The notes beneath the pieces are model-generated. The model saw only the letters and a list, made by a program, of their open reading frames with translations, had not been told where the DNA came from and did no database searches. This document shows, piece after piece, positions 39,232 to 53,525 of a stretch of 64,000 bases of DNA. The position numbers and the translations under genes are program-made. Each line of letters begins with the position of its first letter. Position 1 is the stretch's first letter. The stretch spans positions 8,246,001 to 8,310,000 of the forward strand of contig NC_043010.1 in the NCBI RefSeq assembly GCF_006345805.1, in the 5' to 3' direction. The DNA is from Octopus sinensis (taxonomy: Eukaryota).

Positions 39232-39576
39232 CATTCTTGATGTACAAAAACACTTAATTACTCTCCTAATTAACTCACACATTTGTCTCCAATTTGCTGT
39301 TTTTACAAATGAAACTTATTAACTCAAGAGCAAAAACTCTCTCTCTCTCAAACACAAATCTATTTAAGAAATCAATTGTAATTGATTTTGTTCCGTTGTG
39401 TAATTTTGTAAAATTCCAAAGTTAAAGGTATCTGCAATATTTAGACTGAGATCTTTCACTAAATTGTATGCATTAGTTAATGAACAGACACTGAGTGAAT
39501 GTATGTGTTATGGCTATCTTTGGACAAGTAATCCCTTGACCACCAGTCAAATGATACTGTCATATTTATCAAACTT
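39232..39576. repeat. 345-bp segment, inverted copy of 63016-63360
   Basis: Base-by-base comparison gives 344/345 identity (mismatch 39395 vs 63197). Confidence 0.97.
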
Positions 39577-39941
39577 CTAAATGCAAACGTATACAAATAG
39601 TTTGTGTATACGTATGTAGGTATATATATGTGTAATATCTATATGTTTGAATAGTTTAGTATTATATGTATGCAACAATCTTTACGCTAGTGTGTCAACA
39701 CAGAATTTAAATCTATCAGTTTATAAGATGTATGTATTTGTCTATGTATATACACATTCTTGTATGTACGTGTGTGTGTGTTTTTGAGCGTGTAATATCC
39801 ATATATATATAAATATTAATGCATGCATATACACACCTACTTCGCACTAGAGTATTGTCATTTAACTTATCAAATTACATGATTCACCATTGTTGCTTAA
39901 CCACAGTCCTGATTGAGTAAACACATAATCATAAACAACAA

Positions 39942-40350
39942 GGCGCAGGAGTGGCTGTGTGGTAAGTAACTTGTTTACCAACCACATGGTTCCGTGTTCA
40001 GTCCCACTGCGTGGCACCTTGGGCAAGTGTTTTCTACTATAGCCTCGGGCTGACCAAAGCCTTGTGAGTGGACTTGGTAGACGGAAACTGAAAGAAGCCT
40101 GTCGTATATATGTGTATATATATATATGTATGTGTGTGTATATGTTTGTGTGTTTGTGTTTGTCCCCCTAGCATTGCTTGACAACTGATGCTGGTGTGTT
40201 TACGTCCCCGTCACTTAGCGGTTTGGCAAAAGAGACCGATAGAATAAGTACTGGGCTTACAAAGAATAAATCCCGGAGTTGATTTGCTTGACTAAAAGGT
40301 GGTGCTCCAGCATGGCCGCAGTCAAATGACTGAAACAAGTAAAAGAGTAA
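39942..40350 (+). mobile_element. SINE A young full-length copy
   Basis: Complete head to tail. Confidence 0.92.
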
Positions 40351-41174
40351 CCCAGCCATGACCCACATGTATATAACTGAGGATATATTGTCAAATGTCC
40401 TTCAATTTTTACTTCTTAACATGGTAGGGTATGATTTCTAGTAAGCCAAATAAGTGTATGGTCTCTTATTGGCTCAACCAGATTCATTTATAAATGCATA
40501 TGTGCTTGTGTATGTATATCTATGTATATGTACGTAAGTGTGTATATATATGTGTGTGTGAATATATCTATGTATATGTGCTTGTGTGTGTATATCTATG
40601 TTTATATGTTCATATATTTTGTGTGTGACCATGTGTGTTATTGGAACAGATTTCACCTTGCACAACTGAGGAAAATATCTGATCACTGACATGAGTGTCT
40701 CAGAGAAGACTATTCTTAGATAAAGTCCTACCAGTATGAGGCTGGTGAATATTATTATTTTTACAGTACTTGGGCCAACAAAAGAAATACAAGTTATATA
40801 TTAGTATGTTATCAAGGTATGTATGTATGTATGTATGTATGTATGTATGTATGTATGTATGTATGTATGTATGTATGTATGTATGTATGTATGTATGTAT
40901 AGCCATCTCATTCCACTGAAAATGGGTTTCTTACTAAGTCATTCTATGAATTGACAACATAACTATGTGTATGTACATTAGCTATATACACACATAAACA
41001 TAGATAGTATATATATATATATACACATTTGTTCTGTGCATGTATTTGCATGCTCAAATATGGTTGTATGCATATGTATGTCTATAAATAAATATGTTCC
41101 CATACTTCCATGGGACACATTCATATACACACACTCTCATACATCAATTACATACCTACAACTGTGTATGGTGT

Positions 41175-41220
<46 letters not shown>

Positions 41221-41454
41221 TATATATATATATATGTGTGTGTAAATGTGTTTATATATAACTGTGTTTGCATGTGTATGTGTAGGTGTGCATAATTTAT
41301 GTGTGTGTGTGTGTTCATGTGTGGATATCTATGGCATATAACTAAGACATAAATTTATTTGCTAAAGAGGGTATATAATTTATAAAATTATGTGCACACA
41401 CATACATTTATATGGATATATAAAATATATATTACACACACAAATACATATATA

Positions 41455-41950
41455 CAAATACATCCATCCAGACATGCATGCATACATACATACATACAAA
41501 CATACATACATACATACATACACATATACATACATACATACGTACATACATACATACATACATACATAGATGCATCCATCCAGACATGCATGCATACATA
41601 CATACATACATACATACATGCATACATACATACATACATACATGCATGCATGCATACATACATACATACATACACACATACATACATAGATACATTCATA
41701 CATACATACATAGATACATATATACACACATACATACATACAAACATACATACATACATACAAACATACATACATACATACATACATACATACATACACA
41801 CATACACACATACATACATACATACATACACACATACATACACACATACATACATACATACAAATATACACACATACACACATACATACACATATACATA
41901 CATACATACATACATACATACACAGATACATACATACATACGCACACACA
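41455..41950. repeat. (ATAC)n microsatellite (complementary (GTAT)n run at 40817-40900)
   Basis: Direct sequence. Confidence 0.97.
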
Positions 41951-42384
41951 TTCATCTGTGAAATGCTTGTCTTTGAAAAGAAATTCTCCTGTGATATAGT
42001 AGAGTATGAATATACATTCTAAAGAGATAGATGGCATTAAGTGTTGCATTAAAAGCATTAAATATAAGAGAAACATTGAATTTGACAGAATTCATAGAAA
42101 TAGTTATTTACATGTTTCAGTTGAGTAAGAATTTGTATCTATTCTTTGATTCCTTTATTTATTTCAGTCGTTTGACTCTGGCCATGCTGGAGCATGGTCT
42201 TTATGCAAAGGTTTGTTACTTATACTTATTTTTTATCATGCACTTATACATAAATACGTGCACACACACACATGCATGCACACATACATGCATGCACACA
42301 CATACACACAAATATGTATGTGTTTGAAAGTGGTAGAAACTCCTACATTAACAGTCCAAAGACATTTTGTTTGTTATATTAAAG

Positions 42385-42416
42385 CAGTAACAACAATAAT
42401 AATAATAATAATAGTA

Positions 42417-42468
<52 letters not shown>

Positions 42469-42547
42469 TAATAATAATGATATAATAATAATAGTAATAT
42501 TAATAATAATAATGTGATGATGATGATGATGATGATGACAATGATGA

Positions 42548-42594
<47 letters not shown>

Positions 42595-42686
42595 TAATAA
42601 TAACAATAATAATAATGATAATAATAATAATAGTAATATTAATAATAATAATGTGATGATGATGATGATGATGATGACAATGATGA

Positions 42687-42743
<57 letters not shown>

Positions 42744-42825
42744 AATAATAATAATGATAATAATAATAATAGTAATATTAATAATAATAATGTGATGATG
42801 ATGATGATGATGATGACAATGATGA

Positions 42826-42879
<54 letters not shown>

Positions 42880-42970
42880 TAATAATAATGATAATAATAA
42901 TAATAGTAATATTAATAATAATAATGTGATGATGATGATGATGATGATGACAATGATGAGAATAATAATA

Positions 42971-43023
<53 letters not shown>

Positions 43024-43030
43024 TAATAAT
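42385..43030. repeat. Compound (AAT)n/(GAT)n array with 4 higher-order units
   Basis: TAGTAATATTAATAATAATAATGTGATGATG...GACAATGATGAGAA recurs at ~42492, 42630, 42772 and 42905. Confidence 0.93.
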
Positions 43031-43034
43031 GGTT

Positions 43035-43235
43035 TCAAATTTTGCTACAAGATCAGCCATTCTGGGGAAGGGGATAAGTTGATTATATTGACCTCAGTGT
43101 GTAACTGGTACTTAATTTATCGACCCTGAAAGGATGAAAGGCAAAGTTGACCTTGGCAGGATTTGAACTCAGAATGTAAAGCTGGATAAATTGCTACTAG
43201 GTATTTCGTCAGGTATGCTAATGATTCTGCCAGTT
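43035..43235 (-). mobile_element. SINE B copy
   Basis: AACTGGTACTTAATTTATCGACCCTGAAAGGATGAAAGGCAAAGTTGACCTTGGCAGGATTTGAACTCAGAA. Confidence 0.82.
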
Positions 43236-43331
43236 TTGCCATATTAACAATAACAACAACAACAACAATAATAATATCAACAATAATGACAATGATAAAT
43301 TTATATTCAAGATTATAAATTATAAATTTGA

Positions 43332-43424
43332 AAAACTGTTTTTAAGTTTCAGGAAAATTGTTTTTAAGTTTTAGGAAAATTGTTTTTAAGTTTCAGGAAA
43401 ATTTTTTTGAAGTTTTAGGAAAAT
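43332..43424. repeat. 22-bp minisatellite x4
   Basis: AAAA(C/T)TGTTTTTAAGTTT(C/T)AGG units. Confidence 0.92.
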
Positions 43425-43664
43425 ATGTGAACAAACAAAAAAGAAAACAGAAAAAAAGTAGTCAATGACAAAGAAAAATGAAAATATTTTAATTCTGGAA
43501 AAGTTACAAATACAACAAATATATATATCAATTACACAAGGTCTGTTTTGATATTTGTGGGACGTGTGTGAGTGAGTGTGTATGTTAATATACATGAATG
43601 TATATGTTTGTATAAGTAACTGCTATATGTAAACATATAAAAGAGTATAATAGGATGCATCTGT

Positions 43665-43703
<39 letters not shown>

Positions 43704-44156
43704 CGTATGTAAAAGTTTGAAATAAAAAAAAATCAATTAATCATAAAGCTTATAATTGAAAAACAACTCATTCTGAAATGACTGGAAATCAAAACAAATA
43801 ACTTTGGGTAAAAAAGAGAGTCAGAGATGTTATGAAAGAATTCGAAAAGAATCTTCAAAACTTTTCTAATTTTTTGTAAAAATGAATTAAACTAAATAAA
43901 TAAATAAATATATAAATGAATAAATAAATAAATCAAAAGGAGAAGCACAGGCAAAAATAAATATAGCAAACTTTATGAAAACTTATTATTTGAATGAAAT
44001 AAACATTTTAGAAAGTAGAATTATTATTATCATTGTAATCATTGCTGTTATGCCATTAAGAAATTTTAATTTATATGTACATACAAACACACACACACAC
44101 ACATGTATATATATAGGTGTATGTATTTATATGTACATATATATACATATATATAT

Positions 44157-44187
<31 letters not shown>

Positions 44188-44280
44188 ACCATACATACAT
44201 ATACACACACAAACAAGCCCACAGACACATATATAATGTTTAAGAAATATTGCTTTTATTATTTAGATATATCTCTCTTT

Positions 44281-44674
44281 ACTCTCTTTTACTTGTTTCA
44301 GTCATTTGACTGCGGCCATGCTGGAGCACCGCCTTTTTTAATCGAGCAACTCAACCCCGGGACTTATTCTTTTGTAGGCCCAGTACTTATTCTATCGGTC
44401 TCTTTTGCCGAACCGCTAAGTAACGGGGACTAGCATCGGTTGTCAAGCAATGCTAGGGGGACAAACACAGACACACAAACACACCCACGCATATATATAT
44501 ATACATATATATGATGGGCTTCTTTCAGTTTCCGTCTACCAAATCCACTCACAAGGCTTTGGTCGGCCCGAGTCTATAGTAGAAGACACTTGCCCAAGGT
44601 GCCATGCAGTGGGACTGAACCCGGAACCATGTGGTTGGTAAACAAGCTACTTACCACACAGCCACTTCTACGCC
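44281..44674 (-). mobile_element. SINE A young copy
   Basis: Complete except for a short internal deletion. Confidence 0.9.
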
Positions 44675-45400
44675 TATATGGTAAATATACTTAAATACTT
44701 CTATGGCATTCGTTAATAAAAGTTAATGTTATTTCTTCATTTGAAATTTCTTTAATTTTTCTGTTTCTTTCATTTTTGCTGTTGTTGTTGTTGTTGTTGT
44801 TATTGTTACTGTTGTTATGCTTTATTTCGATGTTGTTTATTTGATATTTTGTGAATGTCAATAACATTATTTTTCATAACTTTTGTTATATTACCACAGT
44901 TAATTTTGAAATTCAGAAGCAGTTGAATAATGACATACATACTGTTATAATATATACATCCAACCTTAATATCATATGTATCTATATTTCTATGTAAACA
45001 TATACACAGATGCACAGAAAGTTATACATGTCCACAGAAATTACACGCCCCACACACATAGAGACATATACATGCATATATACGCACATACATACATACA
45101 TACATACATACATACTACATACATACATACATACATACATACATACATACATACATTCATACATACATACATACATACATACATTTCTTGCCCCAGCATG
45201 GCAGCTTTCTAAAGACTAAAAGCAGTAAAAGTGTAAAAGAGTATATATATATATATAAAAATAGGAGACTATGTATATATATAATTTATATCTCTGTGCA
45301 TGTGTGTATGCCTATATGTATACTTACATATATATATGTATATAGGTATATACATACAATATATATATATATGTTTACATGTAATTTATATGTTAATGTG

Positions 45401-45438
<38 letters not shown>

Positions 45439-45486
45439 TACATATATATATGTGTGTGTATATATACACATCTATATCTATATCTA

Positions 45487-45520
<34 letters not shown>

Positions 45521-45692
45521 CAGACACCCATATAAACACACACATTTATGTGTATATATATATTTGCATATATGCATATGTCTATCCCTATAAAGATACA
45601 CATACATGCTTGTACACAGAGAAACATACAGATAGATATATCGCTCAAGTAAATAGAAGAATGAAACTTAGAAACGAAGCAGGTTTACTCAC

Positions 45693-45738
45693 TTGTGGTC
45701 GTATATCCTCATCAGTATTAATATGGGAAGAGCGTATC
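45693..45738 (-). CDS. Candidate 46-nt coding exon (phase 2 to 0)
   Basis: CTCTACTGCAG| acceptor, CAA|GTGAGT donor; encodes (R)[15 protein letters not shown]. Confidence 0.5.
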
Positions 45739-46454
45739 CTGCAGTAGAGTTATGTTCAGTACTTACTGCTGCTGGTTTCTTCATGTGTGCCAGCAGTATG
45801 CTGATGACGATGACGACGATGGTGGCAGCAGCAGTGATGGTGGTGGTGAGGGGGGGGGGAATCAGCAAGCATGGAAGATTTTCTTCAGCCCTACCAACTG
45901 AACAGTGTATGTATGTAATAATGTCTGCTATTGCTAATGACAGGCAAGCTGTTCGGCTGACCGGTGGGGTTGGGTGCGGTGCGGTGGGTAATGTGATTCT
46001 CAGTAAAGAAACCCTTCAACCTACCAACTAACCAACCAACCAACCAGCCATCCAACCAACAAACCAACAAACCAGCCCACTCTTTGAAAGGTGTCTCACT
46101 TAATTCTTATGTTTTCCAACTAAGCACACACTTGGTGTTATGCATTTCCTCTTACCTAATTTATGATATATGTATATGGGTGTGTATGTATATGTATATG
46201 TATATATATATATATATAAATTTATATATATACATATATGTATATACACAAGTATATATATACATGTATATATACACACATATATATATATATATATGTA
46301 TATATGTATATATATATATACATTATATATATATACATACATATGTATATGTATGTGTGCGTGTTTGTGTATATAAATATATACATGTATTTGTACATCT
46401 ATATAATATATATATGTAATCATACATATATCTATCTATATATACATATATATA

Positions 46455-46506
<52 letters not shown>

Positions 46507-46586
46507 GGTGTGAATGTGTGTACAAATACATATCAGTGTGTGTGTGTATGTATGAGTATATATACATATTTGTATGTATATATATA

Positions 46587-46655
<69 letters not shown>

Positions 46656-47116
46656 GCATGCACACACTTATACACATACTGATGCACATTATGTAAATTA
46701 TTTCCTATTTTTTTCATAAACTTTGGAGTTTATGTATTCTTTCTGAAAATTTTGACAAATAATATTTATCTATTTTTAATTTTACTGAAATTTAAATGAA
46801 AATTAAAGGGAAGAGAATATACCCCACTTTTCCTCCCTCTCCTCCTCATCAGAAAGAAAGAAAAAAGAATTCTATAATCAACTAACAAAGAAGTGAAAAT
46901 AGTTGAAATTCAGAAAGAGGCACTTCATATGTCATGAAAAAGTTCTATTCTTTGCTTCGAAGAAATTTGATGGTTTCAGAGTCCAGAAAATATAGGATAT
47001 TGTGCCATGATTTTAATCAATGTTCAATATTAAGAGAAAAATATTGATTCCCTACTCTTTGTGTTTAGTTCACTTAAACAGTATAATTCCTTTATATATA
47101 TACAATATATATATAC

Positions 47117-47165
<49 letters not shown>

Positions 47166-47283
47166 ATTCAGTTTTTTTATTATTTCTAACAATGCTCTTT
47201 CAGAATGATTTAAACACACCCACCCACATATATATGTATTCATATATATGTATATATGTATATGTGTATATATGTATATATAC

Positions 47284-47334
<51 letters not shown>

Positions 47335-48598
47335 GTATGTATGTATGTATATATATATATATTATATATATATATCTATACATATATATACATATATACA
47401 TACATACACATACATACACACACACACACACGTACACACACACACATATATGTATGTGTGTATATATGTATATGTGTATGTATTTGCTTTTGTTTTTCTA
47501 TCATTAAAGTTAGAATTAATTTTATTTTTACAGTTGGTGAATATTAACTAAACACCAAATTAATATGTAAATTGAATGATGCATGTAACCAATTTTATCC
47601 AAAGTTAAAAATTAAAGACAAAGATTACTCTTCTATTAAATAATATCATCAAAATATTTCTATTTTATATTTTCAGTCAGGTTTTTTACTAAATTTTCTA
47701 TTACATTCTAACATTGCTTTAAGCAGAATTTCCATTGGAACATAATAAATAAAAAAATATTGTGAGATTTGTTAAAAGATTCTGTCTCTTTTCAAATAAA
47801 ATTAAATAATTTTAATGTTATCTTTTTTCCAATATATCATTATATGAAACAAATAGAGTATTTGTTATTAACTTGCACACTTATCTAATGTTTTTAGAAT
47901 ATGTCCTTGACAACTTTGAAAAATAGAGGAACAAACAGGAAAATTCTGAGTCATATTGTTTTTTCTTTTCATTTGCAACACAACAATATTATCCATGTTT
48001 AACATCTAAAAAAACATAACTCACCACAAAACCACTTCAATATTTGCGAGTAACATGTAAACAGCTGCTCCAAAAACAGATGCTGAAGCTCAATTAAAGA
48101 ATCAAAGAGATATAAGAGAAAAGGTAATTGAAAATATCACAAAGCACCAACAAATAAAACCAAAGAAGAAGAAGAAAAATGAACAATAGTTAAATCACGA
48201 TATTGCTTCATATATGTAACATTGTTGTGTTCCATGCGATAGGCTTAACTTTGCTATGAAACATGTACTATGAATAAATGCACAATAGCTTCCTAATTAC
48301 TTATCTCTATCTTATTACAGATTTCGTGCTGAGTTCTCCCAGCTTACTGTAGACTGGTTAAAGTAAACATTCATTGAGCCATCAAATACATTCTAATGGA
48401 TCTTATGAATATAGTCCAAAGTATTCAGAGAGAATTGTTGGCTTAGTTTCCCTGAAACAAACTCAATAATTAATTTGCATGCACCATAATGCTTACACAC
48501 ATATGTTGGTTATTCTGTATATGTGTGTTTATTGAAGCGAATACAGTGTCTTCTGTAGTAACAGTTGTGAAACAGATGAAAGTAGAGACTATATATAC

Positions 48599-48658
<60 letters not shown>

Positions 48659-48690
48659 TATGTGTGTGTGTGTGTATATATATATGTGTG

Positions 48691-48724
<34 letters not shown>

Positions 48725-48757
48725 ATAAAGATGTATATATATATATATATATATAAA

Positions 48758-48797
<40 letters not shown>

Positions 48798-49903
48798 AGT
48801 ATGTATGCATATATATTTATGTACACATGTGCGTGTGTCTGAGTGTCTGTGTATGTATACATATGTATATGTGTGTGTGTGTATGTATTTATGTATACAA
48901 TGTTTATATATATACATATGTATGCTTTTGCATTTTGGCCATTAAGAACTTTAAATTTGTAAATTTCTTATTTGGAGGCGAGGTTTCTTCTATATTACCA
49001 GCTAACAGTTTCAGTTCCAGCAGAACCTAATAATGGTAAGTCAAGTTAATTATAAAATCAGGTAAACAATGGCAAATAATCCTTCTGCGATGTAGACTCA
49101 ATGAAAACGTGCGTGTACCCTGAGATCAGTTAGAAAATAACAGTTTAAAGGAAGCAAGAATTTACCGACATTATATGAGACAGTATTAAAATAGAATACT
49201 AAGATACAACAAGAACCAGAATATGCTAGTTGAGCCTCCTTACAACTAGTCAGAATGAAATACGCAAAGAGACAGAAGACTGAAACAGTTGCATTTGGCT
49301 GTAAGCAATGTAGGCATATATCTCTTAGTATGTGAAGCTATATGAACAAGTAGCTGTATATTATATATTAGTTCCTATTCTTTTTTTTGTTTTCTTCAAT
49401 TTAGTTATTTCCTGTTTTTCGATGACAGCTTACTTATCAATTCAATTCCATTTCAGTTGAAAGTACCTTTACCATACACCTGTAACAACCCTGAAGAAAA
49501 TAGTGATAACACCTTTGTCACTGGTTAAACTGAAAGACCAGACTAAGTTTTCAAGACAAAAGAAAATGGATTGGTAGAAATGTTCACATGATATTACATA
49601 AAACACCAAACTGATCACATTCAATTAATACTGCTTTCTCTGAATGGCCATGGAAGGCCAAGAGAATATACAAAATTATTGAAAATTCAAGCATCTATCA
49701 ATTATTGGTCTAGAAAACTGTTCATCAAGTGGACTGTTCATTTCAGTAATGAAAATGTCTATCGGCAATCCAAGCAAAATACTATAAAAGCAATTATCTT
49801 TCACTAGAAGTGTTCATTGCTCACATTATTACCCCTTTCCAAAATCAATATTGCTCACACTACACAGACTGCAAATAGTTGTTTGTCTTAATTCAATACT
49901 TAC

Positions 49904-50057
49904 CTTCTCCCACACAACAATTGCAAAGAATATTCAACAAAGTCTTCATAACACCAGAGCGAATAGGAGTAATAAATCAGAGAAAGAAAATTAGGAACTA
50001 ATGAATTTACATAGACAAGACGTTGATGAATTAGCCTTGTTTGAATAATATCAGAAC
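49904..50057 (-). CDS. Candidate 154-nt coding exon (phase 1 to 2)
   Basis: TTTTGTAAG| acceptor (weak), AAG|GTAAGT consensus donor; 50 open codons SDIIQTRLIHQRLVYVNSLVPNFLSLIYYSYSLWCYEDFVEYSLQLLCGR. Confidence 0.35.
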
Positions 50058-50793
50058 CTTACAAAATAATATTTAGCAGCCAAACAAGGTCTCTTACCCT
50101 TACATGTTAATCGGTAATAACATTACTTAGAAGTCCGTGATGACCAATAAAAAAAAACCTTTAATAAAATATATAAGTACACACATACGGGATCACATGG
50201 ATGGGGAAATCTCTCTTTAGGAATAAACATTATCAAAGGAAATTCACAAGAATTGCACAAACTGCACATGAACTCGGCAACAATAAAATAACAGCTGTGT
50301 CTTTATATTCTGTTAATATAGAAAATTTAAGATGCTTAAGATATTAGGTTGAACATTTGGGTATAAGATTTAGTATAAAACATATCTTTCTCAATGATGG
50401 TTCTATTATTTAAAAGCTTTTATTTAAAAACTTTTATGTGAGTATGCTTCTCAGATAAGTTAGCAATCTCCTGCGACTTTTCGTGATGTTTATAATTTAG
50501 CTCTAAATCTCAACCAATTAGTGTAAACCATCTATCACCTATTTGTCATTATTAAATTGTGTGTGCGATAATATATCATGGAAACCTATTATTTTGATTC
50601 CCCAGTATTGATATTGTATTTGTTGTATTGATTTTCTTTATCAGTCTGATTTTTATACAAAGGATCCATAAATATGTCATGATACTGTAAGAGTTGTTTT
50701 GTTATTATTTTTACCTTTTCCTTCTTATATATATATATATTATATATATACATACACATGTATGTGTGCATATACATACATATATATGTGTGG

Positions 50794-50867
<74 letters not shown>

Positions 50868-51052
50868 GTATATGTGCATATATATATTATATATATGTAT
50901 GTATATGTATATGTATATGTATATATAAGGTGTTTTATCTTTAAAATAACTTATATGAATGCAATTCATTTTGATAATTGATCTTTATATGTTTTTTTTG
51001 TCTTAATATTTATAGCATAAAACAAATGTCTCATATGACTGTATGAAAGTGC

Positions 51053-51333
51053 TTAAGAGTTTGGCAGTTTGGGCACTGCTGGTAATGGTTTTGAGTATGT
51101 AGTAAAACTGTTCTTCATTGGTAGGTTCCAAGGTAGTTGAGGTGCATTACTATTACTAGTGACCAGTGGACTGGTCTTTTGGGCAATGACATCATTACCA
51201 CTGGATTTTTTATCGGGATTTGTTTGATAGGAACACCTTGTGCTGTTGTATGTATTCTTTGGCATGGCAGTCGTATGTGGTGATGATTTCTTCTGCGATG
51301 GATGTAACTTTTCCATTTTACCACATTTATCAT
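51053..51333 (-). CDS. Candidate coding exon (phase-1 acceptor), terminal or spliced at internal donor 51199
   Basis: Strong acceptor TTTTGTTCTTTTCTTTTTGCAG|; 92 codons of S/T/P/K-rich sequence ending KPLPAVPKLPNS*; internal donor GTG|GTAATG in phase 1. Confidence 0.55.
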
Positions 51334-53148
51334 CTGCAAAAAGAAAAGAACAAAATAGTAAAGAATGGTGAGAATTTATTGTTGCTTGTTTCAAGTGAAA
51401 GCTACTATAATTGTGAAGTTAATTACCTTTCAACTGTAAATTTATCAAATAAAACAACCCTTAAAAATATGCTGCTGATAAATGCAAGTTTTGCTTACAC
51501 ACACAGATTTCTATGTATCATCATCTGCATCATTGTTTTAATGTATACTTTTCCATGCTTGCATAGGGTTTACACACACACACACATACACACACACACA
51601 CACACACTCTCTCTCACACATGCACACACATTTACTTGCAGACATACCAGGCATTGCTCGGGGTTTAAATGGCATAGTTTGTATATATGGTACATTTAAG
51701 TTCAACATGTGGTACAGAGAAGTGCAGCATTGATGACAAAACATTTGTGGAGTAAATGAAGGGCTAATTCAACTAAGTGACATGTTATGCATCTGGAAGA
51801 TTCCAGGCCCTAAATTTGTCATGGAAAATCAGATGTGGGGTAAGTGATTTTGAATGCACCGAAAACTTCTCAGTGGATTGCAGCTGTCAGCACTGCCGCT
51901 ACCATGCTGAACAGTCAGTAGACATATGAACTACATCTATGCAATAAATTAAGCCTGTGGACATGTTCAACAGTACCACATGAGAGAAATCTACATGAAA
52001 GACATGACGTGGTAAATGGTGGGATTGACAAGGAAGTACTTGGAAACAACACTGTCATGCAATATTCTGGTTTGAAATCAATAGTTGTGGCTCAGCCATG
52101 CACTCCTTCGCATAAACAGCATGCGATCATTGTGAAGTCAACTCAGCTCCCAAATGGAAACAATTCTGCAAGTAGCATTGGGATACGCAAGGCCACGTTA
52201 AGGATACGGACTCTACTAAATGTGGTTGGGTCATGTGACGTTGTATTAAATGAATTAACAGTGAGAATGAGTGCTCAGCACTGCATTGGTGGATAAATAA
52301 TCCTTATTTGTTGGTTAACAAGGTAACCAATGGTTTCATGTGATGAGATCTTCACAATTGTTCAAGCAATCCCCATGGAAAGTTTGGTACACATCTTTAT
52401 TTGTTAACCCACAAATAAAGTATACATCTATATATATATCTAAGCTCAGATACCTTTTTTCCCATTTTTTATGCATGACATGTTGTCCTTAAGTTGCCTT
52501 TAGAACTTTCTGTTTTTTAATATATGAAAGGTTGTGTGGTTAAGAAGTCTGTTCCCCCCACGCCACACCACCACATTGTTACAGTTTTAGTTCCACTGCC
52601 ACATGCCAATTCTGGGATAGTGTCTTCTACTATAGCCCCTGGCTAACTAAAGCATTGTGGATGAATTTGGTATACAGAAACTGAATAATCCCATTGCATA
52701 TTTTCATGTACCTGTTGTTAGGTGGTGTAGAGGTACAAACACAAAGACATACATACAAACATATATACCCCATTTACATACCCATACATATATAGGTATA
52801 TGAGTGCAGGTGTGTGTGTGTGTGTGTGTGTGTGTTTTCCTTGTTTACAATTAACATGGAAAAAAATAGATAAATAGTTACCGGGGTAGCAAAATTCACA
52901 CAAGTAAAAAGGATGTAACTCTTTGTTTTTAAAGGTAGAAACTCTGGGTTTATGTGAAATATTTTGCATAAAGTTTATAAATAAATAAATGGTGTAAAAT
53001 AAAATTATTTTGCATAAAGTTTATAAATAATAAATGGTGTAAAGTAATACCAATGATATCTTCAAAACGTGTCAGAAGAAAAAGAATTTGAATAACACCT
53101 GCGTTTAACTTCATTTATTTTCTTATATATATATATGTACACACACAT

Positions 53149-53191
<43 letters not shown>

Positions 53192-53218
53192 ACATCTTAA
53201 ATCTGTTGTAATACTTAC

Positions 53219-53344
53219 AACATTTAATAAAATGATGTAGTACGAAACGATCGTACCAATTACCGGAGTCATTCTTGTTGCTTATTTTGAATATAATCAC
53301 CCCATGGATTTTTATGGATAACACCATACAAAATTCTGGTGCAT
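53219..53344 (-). CDS. Candidate 126-nt symmetric (phase 1-1) cassette exon
   Basis: CTTAATTTAG| acceptor, GTT|GTAAGT donor; open frame APEFCMVLSIKIHGVIIFKISNKNDSGNWYDRFVLHHFIKC. Confidence 0.3.
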
Positions 53345-53468
53345 CTAAATTAAGTACCATATCCTTTTGAATCTAAATTTTTGCTGAACTTATATATATA
53401 TATATATATCTACACATGTATATATGTATGTATATATATATATATATATATCTACACATGTATATATG

Positions 53469-53525
<57 letters not shown>

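Noticed and set aside
45840-45990. G-rich stretch as a G-quadruplex
   Set aside because: The G-runs are irregular and mostly 2-nt in the candidate cluster; too weak to support a call.
49869-50097. GT...AG intervals of 35 nt (49869-49903) and 40 nt (50058-50097) flanking the candidate exon
   Set aside because: Probably too short to be spliceosomal introns here; they lower confidence in that exon's boundaries.
51996-52018. TGAAAGACATG match to the 5' end of miR-71
   Set aside because: Only 11 nt match; the rest diverges and no complementary hairpin arm or miR-2 cluster is visible.
51910-52320. Minus-strand frame interrupted only by TGA codons (selenoprotein-like)
   Set aside because: It is the in-register antisense of the plus-strand open frame (TGA = antisense TCA); no SECIS or recognisable selenoprotein motif.
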